From: Vicugna vicugna
Lineage: Eukaryota
Assembly: GCA_013265495.1 (NCBI GenBank)
Contig: MU058226.1
Location: 1,067,094-1,087,093, forward strand
Direction of reading: 5' to 3'
Length of the DNA stretch: 20,000 nt
Below the pieces are notes generated by a model that saw nothing but the letters and a program-made list of their open reading frames with translations, made no database searches and had not been told where the DNA came from. Below are positions 9,960 to 20,000 of the stretch, in pieces (the first letter of the stretch is position 1; the number at the start of each line of letters is the position of its first letter). The position numbers and the translations under genes are program-made.

Positions 9960-11380
9960 GAATTCTATATAATTATATACAATCATAGAATGAAAAAGAG
10001 CTCTTGGGAATTAAAAATGTCATAGAATGAATACTTGAATAGATGAAGTGGAAAATTAGAGTCATACTGTCAGTAAGTAGTTGGAAAAATAATGACAAGG
10101 AGGAGACAAGACCTATTAGAATACTAGTCTGTCAATCAAGGGATTCTAACAAGTTAATAAAAGGAGTTTCAAAAATAATGGAGAGTAGGAATCATAAGAA
10201 AACTCAGATTAAGACCAGCATTTACATCCTGAATGTCCCAACCAAACTCTTAGTGCAGACCCAGCCCAAGACAATCACAATGACATTTCAGACAGAGGGT
10301 GGTAAAGAAGAGACCTTGAAAACTTCTTGGGGCTAGAAGATAGTGAAGCAATGCCTTCTGAATTCTGGGAGAAACAAGTATTTCCAACAGAGTTCAATAT
10401 GAAGTCAACATGTAAGGCCTAGGGGAGCCTAAGAGATTTCAGAGTTTCAGTGTTGTAATTTCCGTGCTCCTTTCCCTGGGACACTATTAGGCAAAGTTGG
10501 TGGGGGAGGCAGGGATGATGGAGAAAACAAGAAACAGGAAATACATGGGATCCAAACCTCAGGGGAGCCAAACAAGAGAGGGAGAGGGCTGCCCAGTAGG
10601 AGGTGAAGGAGATCGGGATGTCAGCCCTACCCCAGGTGTGCAGGGACCCCGCCCACAGTCCGCAGTAGGCAGGACTGAGGACTGTCGTAAGGATGGGTCT
10701 GTGTAAAGAGATGAAGTTAGTGGAATATCAGATGTGCTCAAAAATATTTGGGAAGACTTAGGGTCTGTGGAGAGTTTTGTAATGATTTAAAATGAATACA
10801 ACATAACTAAGGTATTATTTATTCCAGGGAAAATAAAAAATCATTCAAGGAAAGGAAAGTCTACTAAATGCTCAGTTGTGACTAACATTTCCATCATCAT
10901 AACAATGCAAACACTGCACCGTGAGCTAATCAAAATGGTAAGATTTATAAATTTATGAATTATAATTATAGAGGGAGGATGGTGGTGTGGGAAAGAACCA
11001 ATTAACTAAAGATGGTATATAAAACTGAAAAACAAGGAAGGAGTATTATAAACATGCTATTTAGAGGCATAGAAGAAATAATTAGAGAATCAGCTAAAAG
11101 TGTTTTAAAAAAATTTGGGGGGGAATTAGCTTTATTTATTTATCTATTTTTTTGATGAAGGTACTGAAGATTGAACCCAGGGTCTCGTGCATGCTAAACA
11201 CATACTCTACCACTGAGCTATACCCTCTCCACTCAGTTAAAATTTGAAAAATAGCTTGTCTATGAGATTTAAGAGACGGGGGGACATGGAACAGTGAGCC
11301 ATCTGCTTGGATATCAAGTCTTGTAGAAGTATTTTACTTTTTAAAACTATGTGCATATATCCATCATCTAAAAATAAGAG
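9960..11380 (+). mobile_element. HAL1-like (half-L1) element, decayed
   Basis: AAAGAGCTCTTGGGAATTAAAAAT..AGCAATGCCTTCTGAATTCTG..AAGAAACAGGAAATACATGGGATCCA.. resemble HAL1; explains the 10043-10336 ORF. Confidence 0.6.
11102..11230 (-). mobile_element. tRNA-derived SINE (camelid Vic-type)
   Basis: Minus strand GGGTATAGCTCAGTGGTAGAG..CCCTGGGTTCAATC; flanked by imperfect TSD AATCAGCTAAAAGT / ACTCAGTTAAAATT. Confidence 0.85.
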
Positions 11381-11419
11381 GACAACCTAGTAAATGTGAG
11401 ATGGACTCGGGAACTGTTC

Positions 11420-11970
11420 TGTAAGAAGAGTCATAGACATGGGGCAAGTGTTGGGAGGAAACTGGACATAGAGTGGCAGATGTTTATGGGAGAGTTTTGT
11501 TTTCATTGATTTAGATTTGTTTGATTAATTTTAATGGGAGCAATGGCAGCTGTAGGCAGGAACAAAGGAGGCAGCAGGAGTGAGAAACTGCTGATACAGG
11601 GGACAGAGGAGCCTCATCCTGTGCCCTCTCTGAGAGGCAGCCTTAGACAGGAGGGACCATCCATCATCACTGGGGGGAAGGTGAGGATACAGGTGCAGAT
11701 GCAGGAGTGTGGGAGGATGATGATGTCATTCTCACCTGAGTCCTCTTATTTTCTGAGTGAAAACAGAGCTCACCTTTAAGAATAAGGAGTGAGGAGGAAG
11801 TGGAGGGGATTGAGGAGGGAGGAGGAAGTGAGAGACAACCCTCTTAGGAGGTGGGAGAGTGAGCTGACTCAGGACATGGCATCTGAGAGTGCAGGGTGGG
11901 GGCCACTGAGGTCTGTGCTCATCAGCCTAGAGAAAGTTCCAGCACTTGGGCAGCAGCAGAAGGATGTGTA
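11420..11970 (-). mobile_element. Ancient L2 fragments
   Basis: Purine-rich decayed sequence with L2-like motifs (e.g. TCCTCTTATTTTCTGAGTGAAA); weak. Confidence 0.4.
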
Positions 11971-12689
11971 ACAAAGTGAAAGAAAATGCAGTTATTGTTG
12001 GTGTGAGAATTATAGTTCATTTTTCTTTGTCATTTTAACATTTATACTTTGTTTTACAGTGAATATACATTATATTATATACTATACTTTACACATATAC
12101 ATTATAATAAGGATTTTAAAACTTTGTTAAATTTTTAAAAAGAAAGGCAGATGGATAGAAAAAGACAAGAGCAAGAACAGGGGAATGCAGAGCTGGAGCC
12201 ACGCAGGATCTTTCCCTTCTTTTGGGGGTGTGGTCATTTATTAGTATCTTATAAACTCTTTGATACTTCTAACAATAATTTTTTTTGTATTTTATGTGGC
12301 ATTTTTAGCTATATCCTTGGACAAATTTTTCCATACAATCCAGCCCATCTTTTCCAGCAATCTAATCTCTAGGCAGAAGAGCTCAGTCAAAAGGTGATGG
12401 GTCTGGAGTAGAGGATCAGAATGTGCGTCCTGACACATGAGCTGAAGAAGAATGTCAAGTGTTTCACAAGTGTAAGGGATTTTAATGTCATGTGCTTTTT
12501 GAAAACATTATTTATGTGCACAAAAGAGAATTCAAAAGATACTCAAGAGTATACAAAAATAAGTAAGTCATATTGTTTCCCTCATCCCCTGGTCACCCAA
12601 GTCCTCTACTCAGAAGCCACTGCAGTTAGTAATTTCTCACTTATCTTCCCAGAAAAATATATTTATGCATTGCTGTATACTGTTATCTG

Positions 12690-13790
12690 AGTAAAAGCTC
12701 CAGCCATGGACAGAGAGAAATTATTTGCAAATTCACATATCTGATTCAAGACCTGTTTTAGAACATACATAGAACCCTTAAACTCAGCAATATGAAAGCA
12801 AACAACAATTTAAAAGTGGAGAAAAGTCTGATAAAGATTTCATTATAGAAGATTTATTAGTGGAAATGGGTATGAAATGGTGGTCAACATCATGTTATCA
12901 GGATATGTAAATAAAAACAACAGTGATGCACCATCACACCTATGAGAACAGCTAGAATCCAGGAATAGGAGATGCCAAGTGCTGAGCAGGACGTGGAGCC
13001 GCAGAAGCCCCCCCACCCCACCCCACCGCCTCTGCACTGCTGCAGGAATGCGAAGCAGTGCAGCCACTGCAGGGACGGTCAGTAGTTTCTTATAAACACT
13101 GACACAGACTCACCGTCCAACCTGCTGATCACTCCAGTACTGTGTCATCTCATTTGAAAACTTATATTTGCACAAAACCCTGCACAGCAGTGTTTATAGC
13201 AGAGCACCCCTCAAGTGTGGGCTTCGCTTAGTGGCTTTCTTCTAAAGACTACAGTATGAAAAGCGGGGAAGGAAAAGTAAAAATCCAGGAGAAACCTGGG
13301 AAACCTACCGTAGCTAGGTGACGAGGTGAACTTGTTAGTGATAATCAAGTGGAGAGCACACAGCCTCGATGTGTGGAGAACGTCACTTCATCTCTGTGGT
13401 CTTTTTCCCCCAAACCCTTTGCCCCAGTCAATCAAGTCAAATGAGTCTACAACATCCCTGAGCAGTACACCCCATGTCATCAAAACCGGGGGATGTCTGC
13501 CACAGCCCGAGAAGTCTGAAGGAGACAGGATTGGGACTCAGTGCAGTGTGGTTTTGATAGGATCCTGGATCAGAAAAAAGGAAAATTAATGAAATCTAGA
13601 TAAATTTTAGAATTCAATAATATTGTATCAATATTGCTTTATTAGCTGTGACAAATGTATGACAGTGATATAAGATATTCCCATAGGGAAACTGAGTGTG
13701 GGACATACAGTAACTCTGTACTAACTTTGTTACTTTTTTGTAAATCTCAAACTATACTAAAATTCAAAAAATTTTAATATTTGCCAGAAG
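12690..13790 (+). mobile_element. Old L1M ORF2 end followed by an L1MC/MD-type 3'UTR
   Basis: GAGAAATTATTTGCAAA..AGAACCCTTAAACTCAGCAATA; AAGTGTGGGC..TCACTTCATCTCTGTGGTC; GTGACAAATGTA..AACTCTGTACTA..TTTTTTGTAAATCT. Confidence 0.7.
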
Positions 13791-14050
13791 TGAAGAGGCA
13801 GTGGAAGAAACTGATCAGCTTTTGAGTTTTCAGGTTGTTTTCATCAATGAGGTTGTGAAAGGGGTATTGAGGAGAAAAGACGGGAACCTTAGAGTCAGGG
13901 CAGGGTTCCAGAGCTCTCCTCTCCTCCACTCCCTGCCCGCCCGCAGCCCGAACCCAGAACTACTCAGAAGGCACCTTCATCTCCCATCTCTGACTCAGAC
14001 CACAGCCCCTCTGCTTCCAGGACTGTGCTGAGTAGGAGAGAGCAGAGTGG

Positions 14051-14069
14051 TGGCGCCCTCGTGTGGCCA
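14051..14069 (-). promoter_or_regulatory. Candidate CTCF binding site
   Basis: Minus strand TGGCCACACGAGGGCGCCA vs CTCF consensus TGGCCACCAGGGGGCGCTA; lies in a short unique GC-richer segment between L1s. Confidence 0.55.
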
Positions 14070-14099
14070 CAGGGATGATGACAGGAGACCTGAGCTCCC

Positions 14100-15510
14100 T
14101 TTTTAGTCATTGTTCTGACTATTCAAAGTCCTTTGTATTTGCATATAAATTGTAGACTCAGCAGGTAAGTTTCTTAAGAGACACTGTCAGAGTTTTGATA
14201 AGCGTTTAGGATTCCGAATTGAATTGCTCTCAGTGCATAGATTGATTTTGGGAGAACTGGGGCCTTAACAATATTGATGATGCCAATAAGTGAATACGGA
14301 GTTTATCCCTATTTCTTTAGTTTTTCCTTACTTTCTCTCAGGCACACTATGTAGACTTCAGGGTTCAAATCTGGCAAACTCTCTTTAAAATGATGCCTGA
14401 ATATTTTATTTTGATGCTATTATGAATGGAATTTTAAATTATTCATTTTCTTAATGTTACATTACTGGTACATAGCAACCCAATTGACCTTGTAGCCTGC
14501 AGTCTCCTTTTATTTACCTGTTAGTTCTAGAAGCTTTTTTGGGGGGAATTTCTATGCACACAATCATGTCACCTGCAAATAAATCCTTTTTTATATTTAT
14601 ATCTCTTTGATTGCTTTTCATTGATCAATGCTCTGGCTAGGACCTCTAGTACAATAGAAACATACTAGATGTTTAGTAGAAATGGTGAGTGTTGGCATCC
14701 TTACCTTGTTCCTTACATTAAGTAGAAAGTATCCAGTCTTTCACCATAAAGTATGATGTCAGTTCTAGCTTTTCCGACGATGTCATTCATCAAATTAAGC
14801 AAGTGGGTTTTTACTCCCAGTGTGCTGAGAGATTTGATACATTAATATGATATATTACAGATTTCTATATATTCATCCAAAGGTGCCTCCTGAGATAAAT
14901 TGTTCTTGCTCCTAACATGTTGGCTTCCACTTGCTGATGTTTCCTTAAGGATTCATGAGTGACATTGATTTGAAGTTACTTTTTTTGACGTCTTTATCTG
15001 GTTTTGGTATCAGGGTATTACTAACCTCATAAAACAATTTGGAAGCCGTTTCTTCCTCCTGAATTTTCTCCAAGATTTGTATAGGACTGGTGTTGATACT
15101 TCAATGTTGGATAGAATCCACCAGGCTCCATCAGAGCCTGGAGTTTTCTTTGTGGAATTAAAAAAAGTTATGTATTTAATTTCTTTAATTCATAGGAGAT
15201 TAATTAGTTTTCCTATTTGTTCTTAATTCAGTTCAGTATATGATGTCTTTAAAGAAATTGGTTCATTTTCATACTCATTATCTAATTTATTTGCTTGAAT
15301 TGTTTGTAAGAGTCTCTTATTATTCGTTTAAAGTGATAAATCTCCCTCTAATGCTGCTTTTGAAACATCTCACAAATTTTTACTTCATTTCCATTTAGTT
15401 AAAAAGATTTCTAATTTCCCTTCTGATTTCTTCTTTAAGCCAGGATTATCCATGAGTTTAAATTGTGTTGGTTAATTTCTGAATGTTAATAAATTTTCAA
15501 ACTTCCTTTG
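14100..15510 (-). mobile_element. Old L1M ORF2 fragment
   Basis: T-rich antisense L1 motifs (GCTCTGGCTAGGACCTCTAGTACAAT, GGCATCCTTACCTTGTTCCT, TCTGGTTTTGGTATCAGGGTA, TGTTGGATAGAATCCACCAG). Confidence 0.8.
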
Positions 15511-15729
15511 TCCTTCATTCTCACTATTTACTATTAGAAGTTGTTGAATTTATAGGTTTCAAAACACGGCACAACTATTATTTCCAAAAGACTTCAGGAC
15601 ACCAACAATAAGAAAAAAGAAAAGGCAAACAAACACGTTTTTCAAAAGTTGTGCAATACAGGGTAATGCTAAACTGATGATTTCCCTAACTCTCAGAGTG
15701 ATGAAGGTACAGCCCAGGCACGCTGTGGC

Positions 15730-15901
15730 TCAGACTGCCTTTGGGCTCAGTCTGCAACATCAGCCCTGCCCTGGTCTCCAGCTTGCTCACCCAGCCGGCG
15801 CATTTTGGAATTGTAGCCCCACAGTCGTGAGAGCCAATTTTTAACTATATATGTACGCGTGTCTTGGGGCTCTGCATCTGTGATGCACCGTGTCTAATGC
15901 A
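15730..15901 (+). mobile_element. MLT2-like (ERVL) LTR 3' fragment
   Basis: CAGACTGCCTTTGG..CTGCAACATCAGC..TGGTCTCCAGCTTGC..GTGAGAGCCAATT..TCTAATGCA. Confidence 0.6.
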
Positions 15902-16629
15902 GGACTGTTACAGGCACTAACAACAACAGCTAAACCCTTGCAGTTTTCAAGGAATTTCTAAGGCAGGTGGTGGCTGTGCAATCACGTGACACCCACTGGC
16001 CAGGAAAGCACATGAGCAGAAGAAACTCTTCTTGCTTTGGGGGAAGGTGGAGGATGAGGTGAACCATCCCTGAGGAAGTAGCGTTTCAGCAGAGATGAAG
16101 GGGGCAAGACCAGAGGTTAGGGCAGGTCGCTGGGGTGGAATGTGCCAGATGAGGGAAGAACAAGGGATCAGAAGTCCTGACATGGAAAGGACACATTTGA
16201 GACCAGGGTGGCTGGGACGAGGACAGTTGCAGGCTGTGGCTTCTATCCAGGGGCTCCCTCCCTCTGCCTGCTCTACCTCCACACTCAGCACGTGGACCCC
16301 CCGGCTGATTCAGAAGCCCTAGGATTACAAAATAGTAGGACCCGGAGGCCCTGGGCCTTCTAGCCTAGTGGCTTTGTTCTGGAGATACTGAAGCTGAAGC
16401 CACAGAGGGAAGTGACCTCCCCAGGAAACGGAGGGTGTGGCACGGATGGAACTCGCTGACTCTGAGGCCAGGGGGCTTTCCACGAAGACAACAGAGGTGA
16501 TCTGGGGGAGGGGACTTTGTGGGGAGAGTGAGGTAACATCCAGGGGGTGAGATGCAGGAGACCTGGGGGGGAGTCCTACTTTCAGGCAAATGACACCTCT
16601 TTCTCTGCCATGAGAGCGTTTCCCAAACT

Positions 16630-16850
16630 CCCCCACTCCTCCTCATCCTCTGCTTCTTCAAGCCCTGCTCAAGAACGACCTCCTTCTGGAACGTTTTCTT
16701 ATGGAGGTGTTGAACTAACATTTCCACTTTTTCTCTCCAAATACTCTCAGTGCCTATTCAGTGTGGGATTTGAATTCACTTGTGAGGTTGCGGTACAATT
16801 GTTTTCCCATCATTTTATGTTTGTGCCCTGTCTCTCCTATTACACACACA
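16630..16850 (+). mobile_element. Ancient L2 fragment
   Basis: TTCTTCAAGCCCTGCTCAAGAACGACCTCCTTCTGGAACGTTTTC..TTTATGTTTGTGCCCTGTCTCTCC resembles the L2 3' region. Confidence 0.45.
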
Positions 16851-16950
16851 GACACACACAGGACAAACACCCTCATTTCTCACACACTGGGAAGGGAGCT
16901 CACTCAATGAATAGCGGAGCTTACTTTGAATCCACTGATGGTAACCCCAG

Positions 16951-17239
16951 GTCACACTCTCTGCAGCATTTCTGTGTGGCTGTGTCTGACCAGCTCCCGG
17001 AGTCCCTGCCTTAGTGCTTTTGGTTCATGGATGACAACTCTTCATCCCCATGACAGTGAGGAGGTGAAGGCGAAGTCTTGAGTTCAGGGCTTGATGCAGG
17101 AGCCAAGTTGCTTTGATGACGAGATCAGGATCTTCACAAGTCAGATTGAGATTTTCCAATAAATCTGAAAAACTGCAGTGATACTACAACCAAACAACGG
17201 AGCGTGGTCTGAACAAACAGCATCTGCTGCAGAAAGCAG
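16951..17239 (+). pseudogene. Divergent MHC class I-like alpha1 exon (multiply frameshifted)
   Basis: CCCCAG|G TCA CAC TCT CTG CAG CAT TTC = SHSLQHFCVAVS; across frameshifts [84 protein letters not shown]. Confidence 0.85.
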
Positions 17240-17389
17240 GTGGGTGCCTGGGATAACAGGGGAAGCAGTGCTCATCACCTCACCCCGGTTGTAGGAGCGG
17301 GAAGTCCTCTGGACATGTGTTCCCACAGGGACAGGATTGGCAGGTGTATGTGTACAAGTTATCCCTTGAGAATGAAGGCTGGGGTCTTT

Positions 17390-18380
17390 GAGCCATTAAT
17401 TAATTAATCATTAGCTCAGCAATCTCATTACATCACGGATACATGCATATAATTTGGGGGCTCTGGACGTGGGAGAACAGACCGTTGTAACCTAGTACTT
17501 GTCCTGAAAGAGCTTACTATTAATATGGGGCGGCACCCATACTTCTGGGGACGCCTTATTGACACTTTGATGCACATGCAGTGATGTCATAGATCAGAAC
17601 TATCTTTAGGAGGAGAAGCAGAGAAATTGTTTACTCAAGTTCATAGGTGTGACACCGTGGCGGTTAGGGAGAGTTTATGAATGAGGTGGATTTTGAATGA
17701 TTTGTGTGTGACTGTGTGATTAATGTGTAAGATTCGTGCTGACGAAGGACAAAAAGGAAAAAATGTTTCAAGGAGTCAGGAGTTAGTGTGCGCCAGGGTG
17801 GGGTAAATTTGACACAGTGAGTTTAGGAGATATGTTGTCATTTAATAATTTCTAGTTAATGTCTCTTGAGTGTTTAGCAGTATTGAAAGTTTGTGAAAGG
17901 CTTTGAGTGTTCATTCAAGGCATCAACCAGTGAGAAGTACAACTCAAGGTGAATAACGAGACTGTTCAGATTTTACCACTTGAATCTGTTAGGAGCATGA
18001 ATTCAACAAAGGTTTACCAGATGGTCACATTCCAGGCACCCACGTAGTCCTGCCTTCTAAGGGCTCACAGTGTAGGAGGAGGGAGTGACACACAGTGATG
18101 TTGGTAAAGTGTGTAAGGGTTGGACTAAGAGCTTGAGCGGGGGGCTGTGGGCGCACCCTGGCGGGTGTGGTGAACCAGGCTGGGGCAGTCCCGGAATTAT
18201 TTGTATTTGATTCTGAAATTCACTCAGCAGCTTTCTCAGCCGAAATTTGGTGCTTGTTAGTGTTGAGTTGTTTGCATCTCCAGCACCTCAAGGACTGAGC
18301 ATGGTGCCCACTCTTATGTTCATAGTGTGCCCTGTGACTCTGTTCTCAGGAACTTGTACTCAGAATCTGAGACATTGGCA
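17390..18380. mobile_element. Ancient L2 fragments within the class I-like intron
   Basis: CATTAATTAATTAATCATT.., CTTGTCCTGAAAGAGCTTACT, GTCCTGCCTTCTAAGGGCTCACAGTGTAG resemble L2 3' ends. Confidence 0.5.
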
Positions 18381-18610
18381 GAGAAGAGACCTGTGGGGTC
18401 ATCATGTAGCCCTCCATTTACAGAAGATACAGAGAACCGTGGAAGTTAAATAACTTTCTTAAATGACACAGTTCATGGCAAACCCCAAATCTGTAAGTCC
18501 CCATCCAATGCTTTTTCGATACATCCTGGAAAAGAGTGTAGCCCACTCCCCAGTGCAGAGCTGACGGCAAGTAAAAGAGATCAGAGTCAGGGAACCACAT
18601 CAGTTTATCT

Positions 18611-19483
18611 TACAGAGGGAAACCAAATATATGTGTTTTCGACACCAACCGATTCTGACACTGACTGCCTGAGACCCCAGCCATGAAGGGCTCAGTCCCC
18701 CAAGACTGGCCCCACTTCAGATGCCAATTCAGCTCCATGTTGTTACCTAGGCTTCTGACCAAGTGGCTATAAATCAGGGGTTCCCATGGCCTCCTGCTCT
18801 GGTTTGACAATTTGCTAGGATGGTTCACAGAACTGAACAAAGTGTTTCCTGACTAGATTATCGGTTTATTACAGAAAGATACAACTCAGGAAGTTCCAGG
18901 GGCAAGATGCATGGATTAGGAGGGTGTAGAGCTTCCGTCCCATCTGCACATGTGTCACCCTCCTAGCACCTCAATGTACCCCCAGTACCGACGCTCTCTG
19001 GACTCTGTTCTCTCTGTGGAGGCTTCATTACATAGACGTGGTTGATTAAACCATTGGCCACTGTGACTGAGCTCAGTCCCAGCCATTCCTCCTTCCGGGA
19101 GTCGGTGATGAGGATGAAAGTTCCAACCTCCCAATCCCAAAGTTGGTTCCCTGGGCAACGAGCCCCCATCCTGCGGTTATCAGCTTGTTAACATAAACTC
19201 AGGTGGGGTTGTGAGGGGCTTGTGATGAAGGACAGGTATATTCACTTTTATGCTCAGACCTGATCCAGGAATGGAGGACAACAGACTGCATATTATAAAG
19301 AGACGCTTTTGTCACCTTACTGCTCTGGAGCTCTTTCAGAAACTGCGAACAAAAACCACGTATTATAATAAGAGATGCTCTGCTGGGCTCAAGGTTTAGG
19401 AGGTTACAAAGGCTGCAGGAGCTGTGTGCTGGGGCCCTGGATGACACAAAAACATATCCTTCTTACTGTGTCACAGTGTCACA
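18611..19483 (-). mobile_element. MER21-like solo LTR (873 bp), antisense within the class I-like intron
   Basis: Minus strand begins TGTGACACTGTGACACAGTAAGAAGG; shares motifs in reverse with 2547-3336 (GGAGGCTTCATTACATAG, CCATTGGCCA); TSD ATCT at 18607-18610 and 19484-19487. Confidence 0.8.
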
Positions 19484-19616
19484 ATCTAGAATGTGAATGT
19501 CCCCTAAGGAGAAGCCAAGAGAATAGGAGGGGTATGAGGGGGCAGGGATCATGGATGGAGAGGCCTCAGAGGCCCGTCTGCCTGACTGACACTGCCTGGT
19601 CCTGGGGGCGGGCCAG

Positions 19617-19868
19617 CCCCCGCCCCTCCAGTTCACCTACGACCGTGATTTCTGGGAGGACGGCAGGACCACAGGGCCCTGGCTGTGATGGTGACGACTC
19701 CCTGAGCCTGGATATGGACTCTCGGCAGAACAACGCAGTCTCCTTCACGGCCGCTGCACAAAAATGGGAGGCCAGGGGTATCTTCATAGAGAAAGGGTGT
19801 ATTTGAGGAGTGCGTCCTGTGGCTGCAGAGAGACTTGGAGCTCGGAGGGGAGAGTGTGAACCACACTG
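19617..19868 (+). pseudogene. Divergent MHC class I-like alpha2 exon (frameshifted)
   Basis: GGGGCGGGCCAG| acceptor context; LQFTYDRDFWEDGRTTGPW / GCDGDDSLSLDMDSRQNNAVSFTAAAQKWEARGIFIEK / ECVLWLQRDLELGGESVNHT G; donor position reads GG rather than GT. Confidence 0.85.
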
Positions 19869-20000
19869 GGAATGACCTCCCGTGGCCCACCCAGTCCTCC
19901 CCCAGCACCCAGCCTTGGCCAGTTCTCTCTCCGCGGTGCTGGGGGCTCCCCAGGGCCCATCAAGCCAAGGGGACTCGGACATGCCCTGTGGGATGGATGG

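Noticed and set aside
16365..16727. 120-aa ORF with a coiled-coil-like, TRIM-like appearance
   Set aside because: Overlaps an L2-like fragment; no RING, B-box or B30.2 motifs
16951..19868. Assignment to MICA/MICB, or to MR1 or ZAG proper
   Set aside because: Lacks MIC-type motifs (e.g. HSLRYN, HSLQEIRVC); MR1 and ZAG lie outside the MHC and the match is only motif-level, so no gene symbol is given
19375..19982. ORFs 19375-19806 (+) and 19566-19982 (-) as genes
   Set aside because: The first starts in an LTR and only its last ~40 aa are in the alpha2 frame; the second is antisense to the pseudo-exon
1..20000. CRISPR arrays, operons or other prokaryotic systems
   Set aside because: The sequence is clearly mammalian; no regularly spaced direct repeats were seen

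Overview
Mammalian, repeat-rich DNA from an MHC class I region. The SINEs and L1 3' ends look camelid, but that is inferred from memory. No intact protein-coding gene is visible, and most ORFs in the track are repeat-derived or GC-rich noise. Two divergently oriented class I-family pseudogenes are present. (1) On the minus strand is a classical-type class I remnant: degenerate promoter ~5140-5255, exon 1 5097-5025, exon 2 4717-4447 with a +1 frameshift, and only the first 29 nt of exon 3 (4248-4220). Exon 3 is fused directly to class I 3'UTR sequence, implying a large internal deletion. (2) On the plus strand is a much more divergent class I-like gene that the ORF track shows only as fragments. 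It has an alpha1 exon at 16951-17239 with a C-terminal extension and an alpha2 exon at ~19617-19868. Its motifs resemble ancient non-classical lineages (MR1/ZAG/HFE/MHX-type) more than classical class I. The rest is nested transposable elements (L1, HAL1, L2, MIR, MaLR, MER21-like and ERV1 solo LTRs with TSDs, Charlie1, MER3, tRNA-derived SINEs), an old direct segmental duplication (~1570-2330 vs ~12400-13100), and a CTCF-like motif between the two genes.
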